Below are positions 36,536 to 44,226 of a stretch of 44,226 nt of DNA, piece by piece (position 1 is the stretch's first letter; each line of letters begins with the position of its first letter). The DNA is taken from the UHGV virus genome UHGV-0346409; one strand, given 5' to 3'. The position numbers and the translations under genes were made by a program. This DNA comes from a virus. The notes under the pieces were generated by a model. That model was given only the letters and a program-made list of their open reading frames with translations, did not search any database and was not told where the DNA came from.

Positions 36536-36769
36536 ATGATAACAATTGATAACTTTTCAAATATAAAAACACAGCGCTATTCCAGCGCATCGAATAACAG
36601 TATTGATATTGTCTGTGACATACAAGGGATCGGTAATGCTATTTTATTTACTGCATCTAAGACAGACTCCACATTATATGGCCGAGAGTTATACGAGCGC
36701 GCCGCTTGCGGTGAATTTGGTGATGTTGCTGAATATGTGGCTCCAATTATAATCGAATCAGGAGAGTAA
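36536..36769 (+). CDS. Hypothetical protein (77 aa), possibly tail-fibre associated
   Basis: ORF between fibre and sheath genes. Confidence 0.35.
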   Translation: MITIDNFSNIKTQRYSSASNNSIDIVCDIQGIGNAILFTASKTDSTLYGRELYERAACGEFGDVAEYVAPIIIESGE

Positions 36770-36774
36770 AATTA

Positions 36775-38268
36775 ATGAGCACTAATTTTTTGCACGGCCC
36801 CCGCACGCTTGAATACGACGACGGCACAAAAGAGATCAGCGCGGTAGATATTTCGGTTATCGGGATTGTTGGTACTGCACCGGATGTTGGGCTGGGAGGA
36901 AGAGCTTCATTAACATGGGGGTCACCCTTGTCAGATAACGTGGTGACATTTCTCCCGGTTTATTCAGGGAGTTACGGAAATAAATTTGCAGTTGAAATTA
37001 TTAAGAAGGGCATTTCTGGAATTAAATACGGATATAGCACGTTACCGGACGGGACAATAAAATTAACGCTCGGAACAGATAGTACAACAACGCCAGAGGT
37101 GCTGTCACAAGACGTTCTGACTCACAATGAGGGACGGAACGCGGAGGATTATATTTTTGTAGCGTTGGATGAGGCCAGTAAAAATGATGGAATTGTTTAT
37201 CAGATGCCCGTCACGAGCCTGACGGGCGGTTCTGACGCTCCATTTCCAGTCAACATACCCACACTAATTGCAGGTAGTCAGAAAAAAGCGGCGCTCCTGG
37301 GTGCAGCAGGCACTCTCCCCGCAGCCATCACTGATATTTTAAATCAGACAGATGCGCTAATTGTTGTTGTTCGCGTAGACGAAAACACAGACGCGACAAA
37401 AGAGCGTGAGAACGTAATCAACGGCATTAACGCTATGTTAACATCGGGACAGATAAACCAGGTGACTCCACGAATTTTGATTGCACCTGATTACAGTGCT
37501 AATGACGACGTCGCTGCCGCGCTGGAGGTAGTCACAAATAAATTACGTGGAGTCGGCTATATTGATTCTCCACGCACGGCATCGCCCGCAGACGTCGTTA
37601 ACCGCCGCCATAAATATAGCGCGCGCATGGAAATACTACGCCCGCGTGTGTTTTCAGCTGGCGATCTCAGTGATCTGTCGCGTCCATATTCAGCTATCGC
37701 CGCTGGTTTACGAGCCAGAATTGATAATGAAAAAGGGTTTTGGTGGAGTAAGTCGAATCAAAATATTTATGGAATAACAGGGCTTGAACAAGTCGACGAT
37801 TTTATTATTGGTGAGACAAACTGCACAGCGAACCTACTGAACGCCAGCCAGGTCAGCACCATTATTCGCTACGATGGATTCCGGCACTGGGGTAACTATC
37901 TGTGCAGTCTGGATCCACAATGGTCGTTTGAATGCGTTCGTCGGACAGCTGACGTAATTGAAGATTCTATAGCCCGGGCAATGATGACAGATTTTATTGA
38001 TCGCCCGATAGACCTGCATCTCGGAACAGACGTTGTCGAGTCGATAAACGCATATCTGCACAAATTAGAGGAGCAGGGTGCGATTAACGGAGGGCGTGCG
38101 TGGTTAGACGGTGAGCTGAATACAAAAGAAAGTCTGGCCGCTGGCAATCTTTATATTAATGTTGATTTTGGTCCGAAATCTCCGGCACAAACAATTACGT
38201 TAATGTACTGTATTAATAATGACTATACAGTTGAGGCACTGGCCTCCCTTTTTAAAGAAACAGCCTGA
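36775..38268 (+). CDS. Tail sheath protein
   Basis: 497-aa ORF immediately upstream of a 170-aa tube-like gene; AGGAG RBS; size and order typical of contractile tails. Confidence 0.65.
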   Translation: MSTNFLHGPRTLEYDDGTKEISAVDISVIGIVGTAPDVGLGGRASLTWGSPLSDNVVTFLPVYSGSYGNKFAVEIIKKGISGIKYGYSTLPDGTIKLTLGTDSTTTPEVLSQDVLTHNEGRNAEDYIFVALDEASKNDGIVYQMPVTSLTGGSDAPFPVNIPTLIAGSQKKAALLGAAGTLPAAITDILNQTDALIVVVRVDENTDATKERENVINGINAMLTSGQINQVTPRILIAPDYSANDDVAAALEVVTNKLRGVGYIDSPRTASPADVVNRRHKYSARMEILRPRVFSAGDLSDLSRPYSAIAAGLRARIDNEKGFWWSKSNQNIYGITGLEQVDDFIIGETNCTANLLNASQVSTIIRYDGFRHWGNYLCSLDPQWSFECVRRTADVIEDSIARAMMTDFIDRPIDLHLGTDVVESINAYLHKLEEQGAINGGRAWLDGELNTKESLAAGNLYINVDFGPKSPAQTITLMYCINNDYTVEALASLFKETA

Positions 38269-38285
38269 TAATTTGGAGATTAAAT

Positions 38286-38798
38286 ATGTCAGACAGCAAC
38301 GCTTACCGCGCGTTTGCGCTATTCGTGCAGGGCGAACGGGTTTTAAATTGTACTGAATATACTCCAGTAGATATGAAAATAATCGAAGACGAGTTTAAAA
38401 CAGGCGCGATGGATACAGCTATCACTCTGGATGGGGGGATGGAGAAAATGTCAGCCAGTTTTAAAGTTTCAGGTTCTGATTCTGCTGTTATGAGCTATTT
38501 CGGGTTAATACCGGGAGTGAAGACGCGGTTTGAAATTCGTAGTGCGTACACAGACTCTTACGGAATAAACTTTGAGCGCATTGATACCTATGAGGGGCTT
38601 ATTACAGCAATCACTGATGATGCCCAGGGGACTGATTCTAAATCGTCAGTGGGGCAATCAGTAACGATTGCGCCGAGCTATTATAAACGAGTTCAAAATG
38701 GACGAATTATTTACGAAATTCATCCTGCAAAAATGAAACGCGTTATCAATGGTGTTGATGTTCTTGCGGGCGTCGCTCGAATCCTTCATGTATATTAA
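38286..38798 (+). CDS. Tail tube protein (P2 FII-like)
   Basis: 170-aa ORF following the sheath gene; size matches tube proteins. Confidence 0.6.
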   Translation: MSDSNAYRAFALFVQGERVLNCTEYTPVDMKIIEDEFKTGAMDTAITLDGGMEKMSASFKVSGSDSAVMSYFGLIPGVKTRFEIRSAYTDSYGINFERIDTYEGLITAITDDAQGTDSKSSVGQSVTIAPSYYKRVQNGRIIYEIHPAKMKRVINGVDVLAGVARILHVY

Positions 38799-38810
38799 AA
38801 GGTAAGTAAG

Positions 38811-39092
38811 ATGGAATCATTATTAGACAGTATGACTATTACGCTCTCTCGACCATTTATTATTAAGGGCGAGAGCTGCGATACAATTACTATTCGCGAA
38901 CCAAAATTACGCGACCGCATTATGTTCAGTAACGATAAAAGCGGTCTTGAAGAGCGGACAGCGACAATGCTGGCGCGCCTGGCAAATCTGGAGAGAGAGG
39001 ATTTATATGCGCTCCCCGCGTGCGATTACGATCAACTGGAGGCCGCGTTTAACGAACTGGTAAAGCACCCGAAAGACCGACATCAGATATAG
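38811..39092 (+). CDS. Putative tail assembly chaperone (P2 gpE-like position)
   Basis: 93-aa ORF between tube and tape-measure genes. Confidence 0.4.
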   Translation: MESLLDSMTITLSRPFIIKGESCDTITIREPKLRDRIMFSNDKSGLEERTATMLARLANLEREDLYALPACDYDQLEAAFNELVKHPKDRHQI

Positions 39093-39200
39093 TAATTCTG
39101 ATTCCGTTTATTGCGAAAAAACTTGCCATCCCGCCCGATACGCAAATGGACCTGCCGTATCGGGTTTTTAATTTCTATGTAAACGAGGTCATGAAAACCG

Positions 39201-40841
39201 ATGGCTATTTCTCAAAACTTTAAAACGCAGGTTGTATTTGGGGGAAGAATAGACCCGTCGTTTCGGCGCGGTACAACAGAACTCAACGATGCAATTCGGC
39301 AGACGTCGTCTACTGTCGGAAAATTAACGAAAAGCCAGGATAAATTAAAAGACAAAATCGCAGCAATGAAACTGGCGGGTAAAGACGTTTCTGATTTATC
39401 TGCTCAGTATCAAAAGCTGGACCGTCGGATAAAAGCGACAACACAGGACCAGGAAGCTCTGAATACTCAGCTCGCCAAAAAACAGCGGCTGGAGAAGTGG
39501 ACGGGGCGCGCAAAAGGTGCTGCAAAATGGGGAGGGCGAGCCGCCGCAGGTGCGGTGAGGGCCACGGGACGGGGTATCAAATGGGGGACGCTGGGGGCCG
39601 TGGGTCTGCTCGGCGGCGCGGCTGCTGGCGCGTTGGCAATGAATGCAGAGACGTCAGAAAAACTCGGTCTGGCGAAGTCCTACGGTGTTGGCATCGAAAA
39701 ATACGCTGCGTGGGAAAATATTGGTAAAGCTGCAGGGCTGAATGGCGAAAACGTAGGAGATCTGTCGGAGGAGTTGACTAATAAAATCGGGGAGGTTGGA
39801 AACGAAAAAAACCTGAACCCCATGTTGTTTCAAATTGGCCTGACAAAAAAACGGATGGCTAAATGGGATCGAGAAAAACAGTTCAATGAAGTTATGCGGC
39901 GTATCTCTGAAATGAAGGATGATCAACAGGCGGCGAGTCTGGCTGATCAGCTCATGGGGGGGGAAGCTAATAAAATAATGACTTATATGCGGGCGACTGG
40001 TAAAAGCTGGGAGCAGACTCTGTCGGACGCTCAAAAATCAAACCTGCTAACGAAAGAAGGGGCTGAGGGTGCAGCGCGCGCGCACGTATCCGTCACGAAT
40101 CTGTGGGGGGCAATCACATCGGGGCTGGCAGATACTCTCGGGAAAATCGGAGGGGAACTCGCGCCGACGTTTGACGCTATGCGAGACGGGCTGGCATCCT
40201 GGTTTAAAGAGAATCAAGGGGGGGTTGTTGATAGTATTAAAGAATGGGTTAAGCCAGAAAATATGAAAAAAATGTGGGAGGGGATAGTCAGTTTTGGCGA
40301 GGCGTGCGTTAAATTCGGAAAAATAATTTGGGCAGTCGTAAAAAAACTGGAGTGGTTAATACCGGACGAGAAAACAGACGAGGAGCAGCGCGTATATAAC
40401 GAAGAATATAATAAGGCGTATCAGGAATTCATGGATGGCGGAGGAAAATATTCACCAAACCCAGGAATGGCGGCGGATAATGTTGCAAAAGCAAAAGCCG
40501 CCGAAGCCGTGGATAATATGCGACACCCTGAACGTCTTGCTCGTGCAAAATCACAGGCTGAATCACTGCTCTCGTTTGCTAACCCGTTTACTGGATTAAT
40601 AAATAAAGGCTCAACGCCTGAATCACAAAACTCAGCAACGTTGAATATTGACGCGCTGAGACAAGCAGTCGCAACTCCAGCGCCAGAGCAAAACAATAAA
40701 ATTGAAATCAATATTATCGGAGCGGCAGATCCACAATCAACACAGCAGGCTGCTGCATCGGGTGTGCTCGACGGGCTGAGACAAGTTGCGAGTTCGTACA
40801 ACCGTGGTGCGATGTTTGATAAACCAGCGGCGGCGGGGTGA
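39201..40841 (+). CDS. Tail tape measure protein
   Basis: 546-aa helical, Ala/Gly/Lys-rich ORF with G-rich segment (GRAKGAAKWGGRAAAGAVRATGRGIKWGTLGAVGLLGGAAAGA); position before gpU-like gene. Confidence 0.65.
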   Translation: MAISQNFKTQVVFGGRIDPSFRRGTTELNDAIRQTSSTVGKLTKSQDKLKDKIAAMKLAGKDVSDLSAQYQKLDRRIKATTQDQEALNTQLAKKQRLEKWTGRAKGAAKWGGRAAAGAVRATGRGIKWGTLGAVGLLGGAAAGALAMNAETSEKLGLAKSYGVGIEKYAAWENIGKAAGLNGENVGDLSEELTNKIGEVGNEKNLNPMLFQIGLTKKRMAKWDREKQFNEVMRRISEMKDDQQAASLADQLMGGEANKIMTYMRATGKSWEQTLSDAQKSNLLTKEGAEGAARAHVSVTNLWGAITSGLADTLGKIGGELAPTFDAMRDGLASWFKENQGGVVDSIKEWVKPENMKKMWEGIVSFGEACVKFGKIIWAVVKKLEWLIPDEKTDEEQRVYNEEYNKAYQEFMDGGGKYSPNPGMAADNVAKAKAAEAVDNMRHPERLARAKSQAESLLSFANPFTGLINKGSTPESQNSATLNIDALRQAVATPAPEQNNKIEINIIGAADPQSTQQAAASGVLDGLRQVASSYNRGAMFDKPAAAG

Positions 40842-40843
40842 CA

Positions 40844-41266
40844 ATGAGTGATGCGATAAACGGTGCTGAGGATATCATGCTAGGCGTGGGTGATTTCATT
40901 TTTGCTATATCAACAGTAGCGTACAACAAACTGCAACGTAGTGACGCCTGGCGCTGGGCTCAGCAAACACGGTTCGGAAAAAACGACGCATTGCAGATAA
41001 CCGGACGACCGAACCCCACAATCACGATCGATGGGAAAATAAATGCCTTATTCCTTGATGGGTGCGGCATTGGCTTGTTAACAGATTTGCGGGCGCTGGG
41101 GAACTCGGGAGAACCCCAGCAACTGGTGCTGGGGACCGGGGAGGTGAAGGGGTACTGGGTTATCAGGGAGTTAACAGAAACGCAAAACAGTTTTCTGAAA
41201 GGAGGGACCCCAAAATCGCAGGACTTTTCACTCACGCTCGAATATTACGGAGCTTCGCTGGATTGA
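40844..41266 (+). CDS. Tail protein (P2 gpU-like)
   Basis: Collinear similarity to P2 U by recall (..W.W....RFGK.DA.Q..G......I.G.........G); GGGG RBS before ATG 40844 (track start 40838 is GTG). Confidence 0.7.
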   Translation: MSDAINGAEDIMLGVGDFIFAISTVAYNKLQRSDAWRWAQQTRFGKNDALQITGRPNPTITIDGKINALFLDGCGIGLLTDLRALGNSGEPQQLVLGTGEVKGYWVIRELTETQNSFLKGGTPKSQDFSLTLEYYGASLD

Positions 41267-41487
41267 ACTTCTTTCGGTTTTTTATCACCGAGAGCGGACC
41301 ACAGCAACAGAATGATCCACATCAAAAATATCCATCCGAATAATATATTCAGAATAACGACCATTGCGCAGCTTTTATGTCCCCTTATTAGAGCAATTAC
41401 TAACGGTATTACGTATAAAATGATGGATATTAACGGGTTCGCCATTAACCATATATACAGAGCGATAACCCACGCAAATAATTCCAT
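41245..41487 (-). CDS. Small polytopic membrane protein on the opposite strand inside the tail operon (moron; candidate superinfection-exclusion protein)
   Basis: Very hydrophobic 80-aa ORF (three predicted TM segments); GAGG RBS before the ATG at 41487; AT-rich; sits in the gap between gpU- and gpX-like genes. Confidence 0.4.
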   Translation of the reverse strand: MELFAWVIALYIWLMANPLISIILYVIPLVIALIRGHKSCAMVVILNILFGWIFLMWIILLLWSALGDKKPKEVQSSEAP

Positions 41488-41503
41488 TTGAGGCCTCATA
41501 ATC

Positions 41504-41716
41504 ATGATTACATATACGACGCGGGACGGTGACCGTCTCGATCAAATCTGCTTTGCGGTCTACGGGAGAGCGTCAAAAACGACAGAGACTGTTTTATATC
41601 AGGTTTCGAATTACGGCGTAACTGATATGTGTGCCGTGTTTCGTGCTGGAGAAAAAATTGTTTTACCCGATATCGAACCAGAACCGGTTAAAAAAGAAAC
41701 GCAATTATGGGATTGA
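41504..41716 (+). CDS. Tail protein (P2 gpX-like)
   Basis: 70-aa ORF resembling P2 X by recall (..GD.LD.IC...YGR......VL..N.......VF..G..I.LPD.......E...LW). Confidence 0.7.
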   Translation: MITYTTRDGDRLDQICFAVYGRASKTTETVLYQVSNYGVTDMCAVFRAGEKIVLPDIEPEPVKKETQLWD

Positions 41717-41719
41717 TGA

Positions 41720-42763
41720 ATGAGTGATTACGTAAATACTGGCGTGGAGGCGTGGAAACCTAATTTTTATATATCTGCTGATAATAAAAACATCACGGAT
41801 AAAATAAGAAAAGGTTTGATCAATATCACGCTGACAGATTACGGCGGTTCCAGTAAACAGACAGACGAACTCCGCGTAGCAATAGTTTCTGAAACTCTGA
41901 AAATTCCGGCCCGTGGAGTGAAAATTAGCATTGGGCTCGGTTTCGGTAATCAGATAATTGATAAAGGCATATACATCGTTGACGGTGCTAGCAGTGGCGG
42001 TGAACCCCGGGTAGTTGATTTCACAGCAAAAGCGGCTCCGATGAACGCGGCAAAGGGCTCTCCAACAGTTCAGAGCAAAAAGACGCGCTCATGGAGCGAC
42101 GTCACCGTCAGCGATATCGTTGCGACAATAGCGAGCGATAACGGGCTAAAACCTCGCGTATCAAAGCGGTTTGCAGACAACATTATCACGCAGCTCGATC
42201 AAGTCGGTGAGTCAGATATGCACCTGATGTCGAGACTAGCAACACGATTCGATGCGGTGAGCAAACCCGCAGGAGGGTACTGGATATTCCTGCCGCGTGG
42301 CGCGGGCGAATCTGTTAACGGAGCACCGCTTCTGCACTACACGCTCACGCGTCGTGATAACTCCAGCTGGGGTTATTCGAGAAATGGACAAAACGGCGAT
42401 AGTGGCGGAGGTGGCGAAAATTCGGAGCCGACATATCTGATCAAATACCACGATACGGCAACAGGGCAGATCAAGGAGCTGCGCACAGGCAGTGGTGGTG
42501 ATCCTGTCATTGAATGGCCGGCAGTTGAGCCGTCGCTCGACGCAGCGAAAGAGGCCGCGCCGGGGCTAAAAGGAGGTGCGGCTAAAAAAGAGTTTTCCAT
42601 GACGTACACAACGCCAGCAACGCTCGATTTAGTATCGCTGACTGCAGAATGCAAAGTCACAACACAAGGGTTCGGGACAGAGGAGGACCGAGACTGGACA
42701 ATCAATACGTTGACGCTGACGCTGGCTGAAAACGGATTCTCTGCGCGACTGTCGCTGGAGTAA
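41720..42763 (+). CDS. Tail protein (P2 gpD-like)
   Basis: 347-aa ORF with P2 D-like N- and C-terminal regions (recall: ..W....VSD.V..IA..NGL; C-terminal DWTI..LT..L...GF...L.LE). Confidence 0.7.
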   Translation: MSDYVNTGVEAWKPNFYISADNKNITDKIRKGLINITLTDYGGSSKQTDELRVAIVSETLKIPARGVKISIGLGFGNQIIDKGIYIVDGASSGGEPRVVDFTAKAAPMNAAKGSPTVQSKKTRSWSDVTVSDIVATIASDNGLKPRVSKRFADNIITQLDQVGESDMHLMSRLATRFDAVSKPAGGYWIFLPRGAGESVNGAPLLHYTLTRRDNSSWGYSRNGQNGDSGGGGENSEPTYLIKYHDTATGQIKELRTGSGGDPVIEWPAVEPSLDAAKEAAPGLKGGAAKKEFSMTYTTPATLDLVSLTAECKVTTQGFGTEEDRDWTINTLTLTLAENGFSARLSLE

Positions 42764-42768
42764 ATGAA

Positions 42769-43779
42769 ATGGCAATAATATCGGGTGTATACGCAAATGG
42801 GGTCGGCGAGCCCGTTGTCGGCGTTCAGTTAGTATTAACAGCACGGGTCACGAGTTCACGCGTAGTAATGACCACTGTTGTAGAGCAAGAAACAGGCGCG
42901 GCGGGTGAGTACAAATTTGATATGAATCCCGGAGTTTACGTTGTCACTGCTAGTGCGGCATATCTCGGCGTGATTAACGTTAACCCGGACAGTGTTGACG
43001 GCACGTTAAACGACTATTTGACTAATTTTAGCGCAGACGAACTGACGCCAGCTGCGTTGGCGGAGATTCAAGAGCTAGTATCGGCTGCGAAAAATGCTGC
43101 AGCAGCAGCAGACGCCAGCGCCAGTGCGGCGCACACATCTGAAACTAACAGCGCGAACAGCGCAGCAGCAGCAGCAGCGGCAGCCGCCAGTCTTGACTCG
43201 TCAAAATTCGCAAAACTCGATAAGGAAAATGAATTTCTGGAAAAAAACAAATTCAAAAAATTGGCGACATTTTTGTTGGGTGCCACGTTTGACTCACCGG
43301 CGACATTTAATAACAATATCCAGATAGGGAAAAATTCAGCAGGCAACACAAATACAGCATCATGCTATACTGACTTTGATTTATACTTCGGTCGTTCTGT
43401 CCGAATTTATTCCACTACAGTTGACGGGGTCAAAAAAAACGGTCAATTAGCATTTTGGAGTCCCGGAGGAATATTTCCTGACGCATATATAGAACGCAAG
43501 GAAAATTCTTATTTGCAGATTTACGATCACAACGCCTCTAGCCTAAAAATTGACTTTCCCTACGGTGCTGCAAATGGTCTGCAATACGTTGGGGCTGATA
43601 GGATTGCCCGATCAATATTTCATGATGGGCATCTCCCGCCCGCAGCAGCTGTAGTGAGTAAACTACCCACAGGAGCAGAACCTAAGACCGCGTTTTACTT
43701 CATCAGCGGAGACGAAAAACTTTATTTTGCATACGGAAATAAAAAATATTATATACCCGTGATCATTGATGATGATTGA
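42769..43779 (+). CDS. Side-tail-fibre-like protein (lambda Stf-type N-terminus, short, unrelated C-terminus)
   Basis: N-terminus (MAIISGVYANGVGEPVVG..GTLNDYL) then Ala/Ser-rich segment (SAAKNAAAAADASASAAHTSETNSANSAAAAAAAAAS) resemble Stf-type fibres by recall; no downstream tfa-like gene. Confidence 0.55.
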   Translation: MAIISGVYANGVGEPVVGVQLVLTARVTSSRVVMTTVVEQETGAAGEYKFDMNPGVYVVTASAAYLGVINVNPDSVDGTLNDYLTNFSADELTPAALAEIQELVSAAKNAAAAADASASAAHTSETNSANSAAAAAAAAASLDSSKFAKLDKENEFLEKNKFKKLATFLLGATFDSPATFNNNIQIGKNSAGNTNTASCYTDFDLYFGRSVRIYSTTVDGVKKNGQLAFWSPGGIFPDAYIERKENSYLQIYDHNASSLKIDFPYGAANGLQYVGADRIARSIFHDGHLPPAAAVVSKLPTGAEPKTAFYFISGDEKLYFAYGNKKYYIPVIIDDD

Positions 43780-43799
43780 TTTTGTAACGACAGAGGATC

Positions 43800-43892
43800 A
43801 TGCTACGTAACATGAAAATTTTCATCACCGATCTACAAAAAGCAGAGCTTGAACGTCTTCGCGATACCAGTTGTGACAGGCGGGCAAGGTGA
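43800..43892 (+). CDS. Short ORF (30 aa) near attR, possible truncated gene
   Basis: GAGG RBS 5 nt upstream of ATG; ends after 30 codons. Confidence 0.2.
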   Translation: MLRNMKIFITDLQKAELERLRDTSCDRRAR

Positions 43893-44127
43893 CAGCGGAT
43901 TGTCCGCTGATATACCGTGTATGATACGGGTCAAACGATGAAAATGGCATTCACCCAACTGCGTTTTAACTGTGTTGGGATATGCGATTTTATTCGTATA
44001 TCCCTTGGGGCAATTGACGATACTGCCAAATGACCATTATTTTACGCGTGGCCTTGATGTTGTGCACATGAGAGATTTATATTCTTTCAAACCTGATTAT
44101 ACCATTGATTTAATTATACTTTAGTAT

Positions 44128-44204
44128 GGTCTCGAAAACCGGAGTAGGGGCAACTCTACCGGGGGTTCAAATCCCCCTCTCTCCGCCACTTTATCAATGA
44201 CTTA
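44128..44204. repeat. attR core: right copy of 77-bp direct repeat (displaced 3' part of tRNA-Ser)
   Basis: Identical to 123-199. Confidence 0.85.
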
Positions 44205-44226
44205 TCTCCCGACTTCCCGCCTTGCT

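Larger units (their letters stand above)
123..44204. mobile_element. Integrated temperate phage (prophage) with lambda-like head/packaging module and myovirus-type contractile tail module, inserted in tRNA-Ser
   Basis: Flanking 77-bp direct repeats, integrase next to the intact tRNA, complete sets of early, replication, lysis, packaging, head and tail genes in canonical order. Confidence 0.9.

Noticed and set aside
37547-38147. ORFs of 75-83 aa within the tail sheath gene on both strands
   Set aside because: Embedded in a well-supported long gene; no independent signals.
39053-39223. Possible programmed -1 frameshift extending the tail chaperone toward the tape-measure gene (as in P2 E/E')
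   Set aside because: The -1 frame is open for 56 codons but I found no canonical X-XXY-YYZ slippery heptamer in the overlap; an open alternative frame over ~170 nt is not evidence on its own.
1-44226. CRISPR arrays, IS elements or transposase genes, rRNA
   Set aside because: No regularly spaced short direct repeats, no transposase-like ORF and no rRNA-like sequence found on reading; only the prophage att repeats and the cassette-flanking 75-bp repeats were seen.

Overview
The window is an essentially complete ~44 kb integrated temperate phage (prophage). It is bounded by a 77-bp direct repeat (123-199 and 44128-44204) that is the 3' part of a tRNA-Ser(CGA) gene (94-183), with a tyrosine integrase gene directly beside the intact tRNA. 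All calls are from reading the sequence and ORF translations; protein family assignments are from memory of family motifs, no searches were run. Layout, left to right: (1) leftward early arm with integrase, excisionase, small ORFs, a Gp157-like protein and a 740-aa protein with an ERF-like annealing domain; (2) a ~1 kb stretch with no credible ORF; (3) immunity region with a short HTH repressor lacking a peptidase domain, divergent from a cro-like gene, followed by a cII/YdaT-like gene interrupted by one in-frame TAG; (4) replication module with an O-like initiator carrying four iterons and a DnaB-type helicase; (5) an accessory island (11.6-19.1 kb) with an antirepressor-like gene, a cargo cassette bracketed by ~75-bp imperfect direct repeats (DUF1311-like lipoprotein, T5orf172/GIY-YIG-like protein, two unknown ORFs), an ImmA/IrrE-like metallopeptidase coupled to a 2-TM membrane protein, and two LexA boxes, one overlapping a promoter for a 59-aa ORF; (6) Q-like antiterminator and lysis cassette; (7) lambda-like packaging and head genes (Nu1, A, W, B, C, D, E, FI-like); (8) P2/Mu-like contractile tail genes (V, W, J, I, fibre, sheath, tube, tape measure, U, X, D) and a short Stf-like fibre. 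The best candidates for an undescribed system are the repeat-bracketed T5orf172 cassette and the adjacent ImmA-like peptidase plus membrane protein pair, possibly under SOS control. No CRISPR array, rRNA or IS element was seen.
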